Below, one piece after another: positions 25,579 through 38,670 of a DNA stretch of 64,000 bases. The notes under the pieces were generated by a model. It was given only the letters and a program-made list of their open reading frames with translations. It ran no database searches and was not told the DNA's origin. The first letter of the stretch is position 1, and every line of letters starts with the position of its first letter. Origin of the DNA: Phyllobates terribilis (Eukaryota); contig NW_027362762.1 of assembly GCF_046119375.1 (NCBI RefSeq), positions 474,300,001 through 474,364,000 of the forward strand, given 5' to 3'. A program made the position numbers and the translations under genes.

Positions 25579-26591
25579 CCCCTTCACGCCATAACAATTT
25601 TCTGTTTTTTCGTTTTTTCCTCCCCTTCCCCAAGAGTTATAACTTTTTTTTATATTTTTGTCCTTATAGACGTATAAGGGCTTGTTTTTTTGCAGAATGA
25701 GTTGTACGTTTGAATGGTACCATTGTTTTTACTATATAGTGTACTGAAAAATGGGAAAAAAATTCCTAGTGTGGTGAAATTGCAAAAAAATTGCAAATCC
25801 ACAATTGTTTTTTCGTTTTTTTATTTACCATGTTCACTATGTGGTAAAACTTACCTGGGAATCTGATTCTCCAGGTCAGTACGAGTATAGAGATATCAAA
25901 AAAGTACAGTTTATATTTTATTTAAGTGGTAAAAAAAAAATCAGATATTTGTTTGAAAAAAGTTTTTGCATTTGTTGCCATTTTCCAAGACCTGTAGCGT
26001 TTCCATTTTTCAGGATCTGGGGCTGGATGACGACTTATTATTTTTGCCTGAGCTGACATTTTTTATTGATACTATTTTGGGATATATGTACGATGTTTTG
26101 ATTACCTCCGCATTTTATTGCAATGTTGTAGTGGCCAAAAAAGCATAATTCTGGGGTTTCAATTTTTTTCTCATTACGCTGCTTGCCAATGTGATTAATT
26201 TTATAGTTTGATAGATCAGACATTTCTGAACGCAGAGATATCAATTATGTGTTTTGGTGATTTTTTTTAATTGTTTTATTTTCAATGGGGCAAAAGGGGG
26301 GGTGATTTGAACTTATGTGTTTTTTTCTTTTTTTCATATTTTTTAAAACTTTTTTTCCCCTCAGCTGTCATGACAACTCATCGGCGCCCCGCGATTACAT
26401 GACAGTGGCACCTATAAGCGGCCGGGATCACCGGTTAACAGCTATGAGTGGAGCTCCGATCCACCCGCGGCTGTTAAAGGCACATGACAGCTGATTAAAA
26501 TGTGTGGGGAAAGATGCGGGCACAACGTCAGAGCTCACAGGAAAAAGAAAACAACATATGACATAAATATACATCATATGCCGTGAAGAGG
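25579..26591. mobile_element. Non-autonomous TTAA-type (piggyBac-like) element
   Basis: TGAA|CCCCTTCACG...CGTGAAGAGG|TTAA. AT-rich non-coding interior. Confidence 0.75.
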
Positions 26592-27185
26592 TTAAAAAGA
26601 ACGTTTCTGGCAGCAAGCATTTCTACATCCCCATCATAACATTATAGTCTAATTTCCATATTGGTCAATGGTAAGCTATCCATTTTTCTGCTCAGATAAA
26701 AAATTCTGAAAGCATTGAGTTCCTTTTTATTTCTCTTCCCAGTGTCTTATCTAATTTTTATACTAATTTCTTCCACAGTATTATGACTTCTTGGAAACTG
26801 GATATGTTTTTCCTCTCTGCTAAGTAATAACTTCATTGTTTGCTTTATATCACCATGATACCACATGGATCAGGATTGTAATCTATACTTGATTGCCGTG
26901 TTGGCAAATTTATTATTGTGTTTACCATTATATTTTTGCAAGTTTTATTTATAAAAAATAGGAAAATTAAAAAGGGATATGTATTTAATTACATATTTCT
27001 TTTTTATGTATTTTTTTATTACGTTAAAAAGATCATCTAGAGCCTATTTCTATGTTTTCTGTATATTTACTTTATGGCAGCTGCAATAACTGGAGGTTCA
27101 TGGTCTGAAAGTGGACTAATACAGTTTCTAGGAAATGATGATGCACCTGCAGAGACCGGGACAGCAGAGGTAAACCAAACCTTTG

Positions 27186-27624
27186 AAGCACCACTCCAGC
27201 ATTTTTTTTTTCATTTCAGTACTGGAGTGGTGCTACTAATCTAAGTTCAATGACCCTAGTAATATACTTACCAACCGCTGTCTTCATCTGTTCCCAGCGT
27301 CGCTCCAGTCCCACACTTCCATCTTGTGACCGCAGCTTCTAACTGACTGGAAGTCAGAGGTAACGGTCACTAGTTCTCACTGAAAGTCTATGAGAGCCTC
27401 ATTCTGGCCTCGTTCTATCTCTCATATACTTACATTGAGAAGTGACTTCCGGTTTGCCCAACAAACACTGGAGTGATCCAGGAGGTCACAAACTGCAGAT
27501 GACAACCAGAGTGACGCCAATAAAACATGAAGATAGCAGCTGGTAAGTATAATACTAGGGTCTGGGAACTTAGAGTAGTAGCACCACTCCTGTACTGTAA
27601 TATAAAAGTGCTGGAGTGGTGCTT
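27186..27624. mobile_element. Palindromic MITE (T2/Kolobok-like)
   Basis: AAGCACCACTCCAGCA...TGCTGGAGTGGTGCTT, with further inner symmetry (GGAGTGGTGCTACT / AGTAGCACCACTCC; TATACTTACCA / TGGTAAGTATA). Confidence 0.8.
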
Positions 27625-27840
27625 AAGAGTACATGGGAATGAGATGCAATTCCATCCACATCCTCTGTACTTTCTGGAAGAAAGCAATTATGGTTTTCTA
27701 ATCTCGTACAACCCTTTTATATCCCCACCATCTGATGGTAATGAGATGATCCTACTAACCCTATTCTAGTTTACCTAACAAAGCTGAAAAGAGGGCTGCA
27801 GAGATCAAGAATTTTCAGCATGTTGTCTATGCTCTAATGA

Positions 27841-28140
27841 CTAAGGGTATGTTCACACGTTGAGTATTTGCAGCAGATTTTTCTGCAGCAAAAGAACAGA
27901 GTGTTGGCAGGAAAAACACTGCATATAATATGCGCATTTTTGATGCATTTTATACTTACATTTTTTCTCCCATTCATTTGAGTGGGTGAAAAATGCTGGA
28001 AGAATTGACAGGGAGCAGATTTGAAAAAATTGTTCAAATCTGCAAGGAAAAAATAAGCAGCACATGCATGAGATTTCAGAGATCTCATTCACTTTACTGG
28101 TACTGTAAAGCACTGCGTTTTTTTTCACGGAAAGCCCTAA
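27841..28140. mobile_element. Degenerate PIF/Harbinger-type MITE
   Basis: Starts TAAGGGTATGTTCACACG, a typical frog Harbinger MITE terminus. The right end is decayed (AAAGCCCTAA). Confidence 0.5.
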
Positions 28141-28579
28141 GGAAGTATCAAATAAAAATAATAAAGCTGATTTAAACAATATAATAATCTTCTGATACAT
28201 TCCTTTTAATGCATACTTGGTAGTGCAATGCCTGAATCTGTCAAATATACAGTATTACATAAGAAACAAAACATGTTATCAAGTTGGAATTTAGACCTGC
28301 AAGTTATATTTATTATATCCAAGTTACACGTTGTCTTGCTGTGTAATATAACAATGTTTTTATCACTCACTGTTACTGAATAATTGTTTGTATCTATAAT
28401 TGCTCATATTTCAAACGAAAACCATTTATTTTGTCATTTATTTATTTCCACCTTTTTATGTTGCCTTACAAAGTGGTATTATAATCTTTGTATTGTACAA
28501 AAATAAAGTATTTTTTCTGGCAAAGAGATGCAGTCGTTATTTATAATTTGTGACATTTGTAAAATGTGGATATGCTATA

Positions 28580-28892
28580 GGCTAAGGTCACGCGACCGCA
28601 TTTTTTCTCATCCAAGAAAGTCATTCATATTGTGCTAATCGCACTGAATGTGATCATACTGCATTCCGATTTTCTCAATTTCATCTGAGTGCAGTCTGGT
28701 TTTCAGACCCATAGACTTGCATGGCTGAGTTCAGTCTGATTTTCAGATGCAAATCGGACAGGTTGAGATTTTTTCCTTGGGTAAACGATGTCCGAGGAAA
28801 GGTTCAGACATGTGCACGGCCCCATAAAGAACATTGGTCCGAGTGCAATCTGATGTTTTGTCCAAAAATACGGTCGTCTGCATGAGCCCTTA
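28580..28892. mobile_element. Degenerate PIF/Harbinger-type MITE
   Basis: GGCTAAGGTCACGCGACCG...CGGTCGTCTGCATGAGCCCTTA form imperfect TIRs. Confidence 0.5.
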
Positions 28893-29859
28893 AGGAAAGT
28901 TGTCAAATTGACCAATGCTGATTCGAGGTTATCATGATATAAAGCAAGAGAAACTAAGCTGAAAGAATTATTGGTCAATGGTGTACTTAGGATATTTGCT
29001 ATGGGGACCCTTGTTTTCTAAAAAAAAAAATATTCAGCGAAATAGTGGTGCATAGACACAGTCACAGAAGAAGATATCTCTTAACTTTTAAAGACAGGGA
29101 GAGGACATGTATTGTGACATGTACACCATCATTTTACTCTTAATGAAACCATAAGTGTTCTCACACACAATGATACCTCTTTCATGGCTCGCATCAGGAG
29201 TGTAATGAATATGGTCACAGAAGGTGCGACTGGGACCGGGCCCATGGAGTTCAGGGAAGAGCTCAGCGCTACTGAAGCTGGCCAGATTCTCCAATACACT
29301 TAGCTTCAGAACAGCACTTACAAGTTCAATAGAAAAGTGTTTGCAAGCGCTGGGCTCATTGCCTAAGAGACCAGACACCGTTTATAGGGACTGCAAAGGT
29401 GGCCAATGACCTTGTCAATGAGCAGTATAAAACAGAATTAAACAAAAATATTTTTAATTAACCTTGCAATTTTTTTTTCCATTCCACTGCATAACTTTTT
29501 AATCATAAATAATTTGATAATATCCATCATTACTAGATATTAAAGGGGTTTTCTGAGCTTTCAATTAATGTGCAACATAAACATTGAAGGAAGGAGAAAG
29601 CATACTAATCTTCTAACAAATGACAACCATATACAGCAATATTTTATATCCTACGTTATTGTAGGAAATTCTACCTTAACCCCTTCCCGACATCCGCCAT
29701 ACATGTATGCCACATGTTGGGTGCAGCTGAGTCTGTGTAAGTGTATGAAGGGACTGTCATATACCTTCCCCTGAAGACAACAAAAGTAGTGTGAATTTTT
29801 GATATGAGGTTGTATTGTGTTTTTATACTATAATGTAAAATGCATAGAGTGTTATAAGT

Positions 29860-31350
29860 ACTGATGCTGCGGGGTGGGTACTGTATTGGTAATCCCTAAG
29901 GTAACCTGGCACATTTAGCTCAGGGGTAGGGACAGTATAGAACATAGTTTAGGGCTTAGTTAGTGATAGTGACAGATAGGAATATTAGGGCAGATAGGCA
30001 GTGGTGGGCCTAATAGTGTATAAGATATAGTCTACAGTGTAGGAACAGGATGGGATACAGTTAAATATTTGGGACCAGCTCAGCATGGGAGGGGGTGGTT
30101 CAAGCAAAAAGGGGAAACATTTCCTGGTTGTAGTCAGAAAGTGTGAGGGTCACTTCAATATTGCATTGTATGCCCCCTGACTGATGTGCTCCGTTTAAGG
30201 GGTTAAGTTTATTGTGCCATGATGTTTCCCCTCCCCTCCTGCTTTTCATCCAATGGTCCTTTTTCTCCTCCCTGGTTTCCTCCTTTATAAATAGTGACCC
30301 TGCTTCTTCCTGTCTCTCTTCTCACAGCAGGAGGACCAGGAGGCTGTGTTGTCCCACCCTCCCTCCCTTACCTTCCTATTTGTTCACTGTGTTTTGGTTG
30401 ATATTGTGTTTTGTATTTAAGTCACAGCTGCGGTCATTTGTTTTACCATCATAGTGTTTGTTATATATGAAGTCTGACTTGTGCATAACGATTAGTGCTT
30501 GCTGCTGGCCAATAGTGCCTTGATTTGACATTTCATATTACTTACATGCTGCGCACGCCCCCTTAGCTGTGACCGACTTCCACCCATTAAAAGAAAAAAG
30601 TTTGGTTAAGATTGAGTCTTGTTTTATTTACATGGGACTTTTTGGATAATACAGTGGGCGGGTCTCAGCAGTCTTAGTATTTCAGGTTCGTGTCAAGCGG
30701 AAGTCCAAGTGGCAGTGGGCTGTAGGCATGTGGAGTTCATTGCATTCTGACAGCATGAGGTCGTACCAAATTTCGTGCGGACATTCCCATAACATCCTAT
30801 GGCCCGAGCTAGGCACTAGGAAGTGTGCCTTATTCCCTTACATACAGAAGTAGCCAGACAGGGAAATGCGTGAGGGAAGTATAATGGATCTCAAGTGTGC
30901 TGTGGGGCAGGACAGGAAATCCTTGGGGCTGACAGAATGATCATATGTAGGAATAGTCCAAGCTGAATGTGAGCAGGAGTTTGAAATGTCCTGTGTTGAT
31001 GAAGATGGAACCGGAGGGTGCTGTGCCCCATACTGTGTGTTAAAGACTGTTGTATCTGAACTATCCAGTAAAGTTGAACTTGCTATAACAAGATGGATGT
31101 CACCTGATGTATGTGCGGTTGATCCTGGACTTAAGGATGTGGATACAGCGGAGGCCTCCAGCCTAAAAGTGAGTGCAATGCAACATTCACAATACACTAC
31201 TTATGAACTGGGACACTGTGTGTTTGTGGGGTGCCAGGGCATGGAGAAGCAGCAGCTCGCCCACGGCTACCGCCCTGGGCACCGTACATCTGCTCCATAT
31301 GCAGCAGATACCAGTATGTACAGCTCTCATCTGCCTCTAAGTGACCGGAG
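29860..31350 (+). mobile_element. Possible decayed Ngaro/DIRS-like retroelement fragment
   Basis: With one frameshift, 31208-31290 reads LGHCV-F-WGARA...ALG, resembling the Ngaro SGNH-hydrolase ORF start (LGHSYVFWGARRA). A terminal-like GCTGTGACCGACTTCCACCC motif lies at ~30565. No RT or YR motif is visible. Confidence 0.3.
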
Positions 31351-33247
31351 ATAGCTCTGATTGATATTGTTTAACCATCTATCAACACACTAAAAATCTA
31401 AAAGCAAGACTTAGATTACATAATATAATTTATAAAGCTTTTATAAGATACAGATTAAGATCATTACATAAAAGAAAGTGTCATAAATATTCATAGGGTT
31501 GCAAGGTAATTCAAAAAGGATGAAATAGAGGGAGCATAGACTGCCTGATTGGGAGAAAATACACACATTGAATATACCAAAGCAGCAAGGGGTACAATGT
31601 ACTGTAATATAATATAACTGCAGACACTTAATGAATAGGTAAAACCCACAGTGGATACACATGGAAAAAAATATGGACAGCAGTATATGGATAATTTTCA
31701 AAGGGATCAATGAAGCAATAAAGCATTAAAAAGGGGAACAATATACCATGAGAACTCAGGCAGCCATGCTGACGCGAGGTGCATTTCATCTCATAGCTCT
31801 GTCTCGGACACCTTTCTGCTTTGGTTTATTGTATGTGATTAATTTCCCCTGACCAGGTAAGTTTGTTTTTCTATCTTTTAAAATGTCAATGGAAATAGTG
31901 AAAAAAAAAGCAACTAATATACAGTAAAGCAAGATTCACTTTTGTCATATTATTTTTTTTGGGGGGGGGGTTGCAGGTGTTCTGATTTACGTTTTAGACT
32001 GATGTAATTTTATAATCTGTTCTCCAATTGCTTTGTGGATTGAAAATGCCACGGAAAAGTTAAGTAATATTCAAAATTCAAATATTCATCACCTAATAGA
32101 AAATTGTTATTTGTGCTAAAGCTAAACCAGCATCTATGTGTGTAAAAAATATATAAACTAATATTAACACAGGAAAACATTAATTTCAATCTGTGTATTT
32201 TTAGAATTAGCATAGTCATAGGAAAGATTTAAGGTCATCATCAACAAATCACATGCTAAAGAAAAATCAGCACAATTGTTAATAAATGAATATGCAAACT
32301 GCAGGGTTCCAGCAAGAGTAATTTTATCCATTATTCAACTTTTTTCCTGCTGTGATTTATTTTTTTTATCATAATCAAATGTGGTCAGTTGGTATTTTTG
32401 GGTGTAATTGTAATCCTAAGCAGAAGGTGGCTGACACAGATAGAAGAGGACCCTTGTGCAAGAACAGTATATTGGCCCCTCTTTGATATCAAAGCAGTCA
32501 GTTTATATCTAAAAACTTTTGATTTACATGCCTAGTTTACAATGTAAGTGTGCTGCCATCTTGTGAATTGCACGACTTTCCATTGAATCCTCTGCATGCT
32601 TCTTATGAGCTTGTGCAGACAGAGAGACAGGAAATGCGCAGCACCCAGAACCATAGTGTTACTTAATCAGAAAAGTTTTCCCTGCCTATCAATGTCATAC
32701 TGGTGTGATAGTGATAGGCAGAGAAGCTGTAAACAGGCAGGGAGAACTGTGATTAGAGTACTTACTGTAGATGATGCCCAGTGCTTGCTGGTTTGATCTG
32801 TCATCATGTGATTGCTCATACAGTATGCGATTTGCATTCTTATGGTTATGTGCAGACTCATTTATCTTCTTGCTTCTCTGAATGCTATTGCTTAAGCATT
32901 GGGAAATGCAGGAATAAAAGCTATTCAGAATATGACCACAAGTATTCAAATCACATAAGAAGAAAACTAGATGAGCTCACCATTGTAGGCATCCACCATT
33001 GCATAGGTTTCGGAGATACCACAAGCCCCTCGGCATGGCCAAATTAATCTAATACAGCAGAAAAAAATCTTTATTACATTTACATTAAAATCAGGTCACA
33101 AACAGGACAATGGTCTGGTGTTGATGCGTTTCAACTGCCTTATTTTATTTCATAATTAATGCTCCTAACAAAAATACAAATGTAATCCTTAACTTGTCAG
33201 AGAGCACAATACTTTATTAACACAGCCATGTATCACATTATGTAATA

Positions 33248-34367
33248 AGTTATGGATTGCTATATGTGTACTTAGCATCGGTGTCTCTGCCTCCTGCCAG
33301 GCAGAGACGCCGTCCCCCTTACCGCTGCGGTACTACTCCGGCGTCTTCCGGCCTCCCTGAAGCTGCTGCTGGTGCACGCAGCTTCCCTGGCTCTGTGCTT
33401 AGGGCGCGTGCTCCCTCCCTCTTAGAGGGGCCGCGCGCACCGTCCTAAAAAGTCCCGGGCAAATGGCCGGAGGACTTTCCCTATAAAAGGTACCTCCTCC
33501 AATATGGAGGTGCCCGTGTAAGGTTGTTGCTTTGTGTTACTTACTTTGCTTCAGCCCTCAGGTCCTCTGCAAGTCAGTCCTGTCCGCCAGACTGTTCTAC
33601 AGCCCATTCCGCCAGTCTGACTACTATCCAGCCCAACAGTCTGTCCACAGTCCAGTCCGCCAGTCTGTCTATGGGCTCTGCTCACTCGCTTTCCTGGGAG
33701 CACCTGCCTGTTACCTGCCGTGCTCGCCAGCCTGCTTACCTGGAAGCACCTGCCAGCTATCTGTTGTGCCTGCCTGCCTGCTTACCTGGAAGCACCTGCC
33801 AGCTACCTGTTGTGCCAGCCAGCTTGCCTACCCGGAACACCTGCCTGTTACCTGCCGTGCCCACCAGACTGCATTACCTGAAAGCACCTGCCTGTTACCT
33901 GCCTTGTCCACCAGTCTGCTTACCTGGAAGTACCTGCCTGTTACCTGCCGTGCCCGCCTGCCTGCTTACCTGGAAGCACCTGCCAGCTATCTGTTGTGCC
34001 TGCCTGCCTGCTTACCTGGAAGCACCTGCCAGCTACCTGTTGTGCCAGCCAGCTTGCCTACCCGGAACACTCGCCTGACTATCTGCCTAATCAGCCTGCT
34101 TGGCAACCCGGACCACCCATCAGCCAGCCTGCCGAAGCTCATCCACTGTACCGGTCAGTTCCTGCCTTCTGACCCGTGGGAGTCACCTGCTCTCATACAA
34201 GGTCGGTCCCAGAGTGGCACCTGGTCCCTCTGCTTGGTTCCTCCCTGGTTCGCGGAGTTGACTGAGCCGCCGTGCGACCTTGGTCGGGCTGAGTAGATAC
34301 TTAGTCACGCCCCTCTGGCCCCTCCTTGCACAGCAGCACAGAGGTTCCACAACCCGGATCCGTAACA
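33248..34367 (+). mobile_element. Probable solo Gypsy-type LTR (~1.1 kb)
   Basis: Ends GGATCCGTAACA. The start AGTTATGGAT is a decayed match to TGTTACGGAT. CCTATAAAAGG TATA box at ~33480. No clean TSD. Confidence 0.65.
33690..34070. repeat. 46-bp tandem repeat (about 8 units) inside the LTR, with a 230-bp higher-order duplication
   Basis: TGGAAGCACC occurs at 33741, 33787, 33971 and 34017. Confidence 0.9.
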
Positions 34368-34369
34368 TG

Positions 34370-34950
34370 TACAGAATCATAACCAATAACTGTACAGGAA
34401 TACCTCACCAGAACCAGCAACAGTACAAAAATACATTAACAGACCACCAACAGTACAAAAATACATTTCCATAACCACCATAAGTACCGGAATACATCAC
34501 CAGAACCATCAAAAGTGGAAAAATACATCACCAGAACTACCAGCAACATATGAATACATCACCAGAAACACCAACAGATCAGAAACACAGCATCATAACC
34601 ACTATCAGTACAGGAAAACATCACCAGAATTAACATCATTACAGAAATACATCACCAGAACCACCAACAGTACATGAATGCATCACCAGAACCACTATTG
34701 GAACATGAACAGAACTACAATCACTACAAGAATACAGCATCAAAACCAGCAACAGTATAGCAAATCAATCAACAGAACCATCATCAGTAAATAAACACAT
34801 CATCAGAACCACCAGCAGTACAGAAATACATCACTAGAACCACCATCAGCATATGAATACATCACTAGAGCCAACATCAGTACATGAATACATCACCATA
34901 ACCACCATCAGTACATGAACAGTACAGCACCAGAAAACCATCACAACAGA
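34370..34950. repeat. Degenerate ~27 bp minisatellite (ATACATCACCAGAACCACCAACAGTAC)
   Basis: About 20 diverged units are directly visible. Confidence 0.8.
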
Positions 34951-35409
34951 AAATCAATCGGCAGAATCAATTGTAGTGTCAAGTCAGCCCCATGTACAAT
35001 TGTATTGTATGAACCTACAACTCCCAGTACATAATTAACTATGATACAGAGATACTGGGAGTAGTTCTTACCAGTCTTCATCAACTTGCAGATCTTACAG
35101 GAACCAAAGTGCTGATTAGACATATTTAATAACACAAATAAACATTTACATCCAGGAACCTTATAGGCGACATCTTCTATGATTGGTGTTGTACTCTTTA
35201 TTTTCTTCTCTATCTTGTTGAGACACCATGATGATGTTTAACATCCACAGCTCGTCTCTGCAGGTTTACATCTTCTCCGGTCCTCTACAGCATATTCCGA
35301 CACACTGCCCATAAAAATAGCAGTGTCATTATAATGCTCAAGAATAAAAATATATGCCCTCACTGAACTCTTCTGAAAATTATTTTCACTCCTCTCTCTG
35401 AAATCTTGT

Positions 35410-35960
35410 GGGGGGCACCTGGTCATGGCCGGTTTATTGTGAAATTATGTTGTTTCAATTTCCAGATTATGGCCCCCAACAGTGTTCACTGGAACCTTCA
35501 GTAGTTTAGAAATTCTTCTGAAACCATTGCCATATGTATGTTTTCCAACAATAAGGTTGCAAAGGTCTTGAGACAGCTCACTGGTTTTACACATCATGAG
35601 ATGTTTCTTGTGTGGCATCTTGGTAATGAGACACCTTTTTATAAGCCATCAGTAGAATCAGCTGATATTATTTTTCATTAAGTGGCAGGATTGCTTTCAA
35701 ATTACTGATAGATTTCAGCTGGTGTCATGACTTTCCATGGCTTTTTGCACCTCTGTCTTCATGTGTTCAATACTTTTTCCGAGTCAATTCTCATTATTAC
35801 ACATAACCTAATTTATAGACATCTATGGTTTGATTTCTTTGCCTGTGTATATTGGATGGGTTGTTGCCAACATCTGCTGAGAATTTCATGTCAATAACAC
35901 CTTTCGAAATATATTTACTTAGAAAATTGGTGACGTGTTCAATACTTAATTCACCTGCTA
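35410..35960 (-). mobile_element. Tc1-like 5' remnant
   Basis: Ends GGTGACGTGTTCAATACTTAATTCACCTGCT, the reverse complement of a CAGCGGGTGAAATAAGTATTGAACACGTCACC-type TIR. Confidence 0.6.
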
Positions 35961-37022
35961 TGCATATATATTCACCTCATGTTTATTATATCAGATCCTG
36001 CTCAATTTTGTGATGTTGAAGGAGAATGAGGTGTCAGTACTTTGTGGGGTACACTTAGAAGAAGCACATCTAATAGTATGGTTGCGGTCTAGCATGGTGC
36101 ACTACACACAGCCATATTAGGCCCTATTCACACCAAGTATTTCCCTTATGTTTTGCTTGCACTGTATGTGATCCTGGGCAGGAGTCCATTTGATGGGATC
36201 GTGGCTGGGATTTATACGAGATTGTTCATTTCAACATAGTAAACACCATGAAATTAAATTGAAACCTCCCTATAAATTGACCCTCCCTAAAACGTATCCA
36301 ATAAAATGTGATCCGGTCAACACATGTACCCCAAACTGATACCAAAAAAATGACAATTCACCACGCAAAAAACAAGCCCTCATTCAGGCCCATCATCAGA
36401 AACCGAAAGTATGACCTGAAGTATCACGTTGTCGAGACATATTTACTGCACACTGAACAAGACAAAACCCCAAAAACAAAGGGTTTAAACTAATGCCACT
36501 ATGGTCTACGAGTAACGTCATGGTAGAAGGAGGCATCTATCTCTTATTCTTATCACTTATCACTATTCTTATTCTAACATAACATATACATTGGGAGCTT
36601 TACCTGCATATATTAAACAAGGTTTAAAGAGGGCCTTACTGGCACTATATGCCAGTGAAAGATGCATTTCAACTTCTAAATAATACCACCATACTAAGCA
36701 CCTGCTACTCTTTTGTATATTTTCCTACTGTTAATAAATCTTTGACAATATTTATCCAGATAGCAGTTTCTTGTCGTCAGATAAAATAATATCATCTCAA
36801 CATTCCTGCATTCCAAACTTCAAGTTCTAACTGATCAATTGTATGTTATTCCATCTGCTTTACCAAAAATGTTCCAAAGAACATTTAATAGTGCAAATAC
36901 CAAGTTTTCTGTATAACTTTAGGCTTAAAATTTACAATTATTCACAGACACAGACATATCAATACAAATGCAAATATTTTCTACTGCCTAAAGCACTGCT
37001 AAGTCAGATTTATATATATATA

Positions 37023-38639
37023 CAGTGCATTGTGAAAGTACTTGGCCCCCTTGAACTTTTCTACCTTTTGCCACATATCTGGCTTCAAACATAAAGATAT
37101 AAAATTCTATTTTTTGAGAAGAATCAACAACAAGTGGGACAAAATCGTGAAGTAAAACGAAATTTATTGGATATTTTAAACTTTTTTAACAAATTAAAAA
37201 CTGAAAAGTGGGGGGTGCAATATTATTCGGCCCCCTTGAGTTAATACTTTGTAGCGCCACCTTTTACTGCGATTACAGCTGCAAGTCGCTTGGGGTATGT
37301 CTCTATCAGTTTTGCACATCGAGACTCGGAAATTCTTGCCCATTCTTCCTTGCAAAACAGCTCGAGCTCATTGAGGTTGGATGGAGGGCGTTTGTGAACA
37401 GCAGTTTTCAGCTCTTTCCACAGAGTCTCGATTGGATTCAGGTCTGGACTTTGACTTGGCCATTCTAACACCGGGATACGTTTATTTTTGAACCATTCCA
37501 TTGTAGATTTTGCTTTATGTTTGGGATCATTGTCTTGTTGGAAGATAAACCTCCGTCTCAGTCTCAGGTCTTTTACAGACTCCAACAGGTTTTCTTCCAG
37601 AATGGTCCCTGTATTTGGCTCCGTCCATCTTCCGATCAATTTTAACCATCTTCCTTGTCCCTGCTGAAGAAAAGCAGGCCCAAACCATGATGCTGCCACC
37701 ACCATGTTTGGCAGTGGGGATGGTGTTTTGAGGGTGATGAGCTGTGTTGCTTTTACGCCAAACATATCATTTTGCATTGTGGCCAAAAAGTTTGATTTTG
37801 GTTTCATCTGAGCAGAGCACCTTATTCCACATGTTTGGTGTGTCTCCCAGGTGGCTTGTGGCAAACTTTAAACGAGACTTTTTATGGATATCTTTGAGAA
37901 ATGGCTTTCTTCTTGCCACTCTTCCATAAAGGCCAGATTTCTGCAGTGTACGACTGATTGTTGTCCTATGGACAGACTCTCCCACCTCAGCTGTCATCCA
38001 GAGTGATCATGGGCCTTTTGGCTGCATCTCTGATCAGTCTTCTCCTTGTTCGAGATTAAAGTTTAGAGGGATGGCCGGGTCTTGGTAGATTTGCAGTGGT
38101 CTGATATTCCTTCCATTTCAATATGATCACTTGCACAGTGCTCCTTGAGATGTTTAAAACTTGGGAAATCTTTTTGTATCCGAATCCGGCTTTAAATTTC
38201 GCCACAACAGTATCTCGGACCTGCCTGGTGTGTTCCTTTGTCTTTATGATGCTCTCTGCACTTGAAACAGAAGCCTGAGACTATCACAAAGCAGGTGCAT
38301 TTATACGGAGACTGGATTACACACAGGTGGATTCTATTTATCATTACCAGTCATTTAGAACAACATTGGGTCATTCAGAGATCCTCACTGAACTTCTGGA
38401 GTGAGTTTGCTGCACTGAAAGTAAAGGGGCCGAATAATATTGCACGCCCCACTTTTCAGTTTTTAATTTTTTTAAAAAGCTTAAAATATCCAATAAATTT
38501 CGTTCCACTTCACAATTGTGTCCCACTTGTTGTTGATTCTTCCCAATAAAATTAGAATTTCATATCTTTATGATTGAAGCCAGAAATGTGTCAAAAGGTA
38601 GAAAAGTTCAAGGGGGCCAAATACTTTCACAATGCACTG
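37023..38639 (-). mobile_element. Full-length Tc1-like element (DD34E), defective
   Basis: TA|CAGTGCATTGTGAAAGTA...TACTTTCACAATGCACTG|TA. ORF pieces at 37997-37767 and 37864-37241, with QDNDPKH...SPDLNPIE and 34-residue spacing. Confidence 0.95.
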
Positions 38640-38670
38640 TATATACATATATATACTGCGTATATATATA

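Noticed and set aside
29680-30202. TTAA-flanked piggyBac-like element
   Set aside because: The apparent TIR match is only 6 bp (CCCCTT/AAGGGG). The left end looks like a truncated MITE and the right end probably belongs to another repeat.
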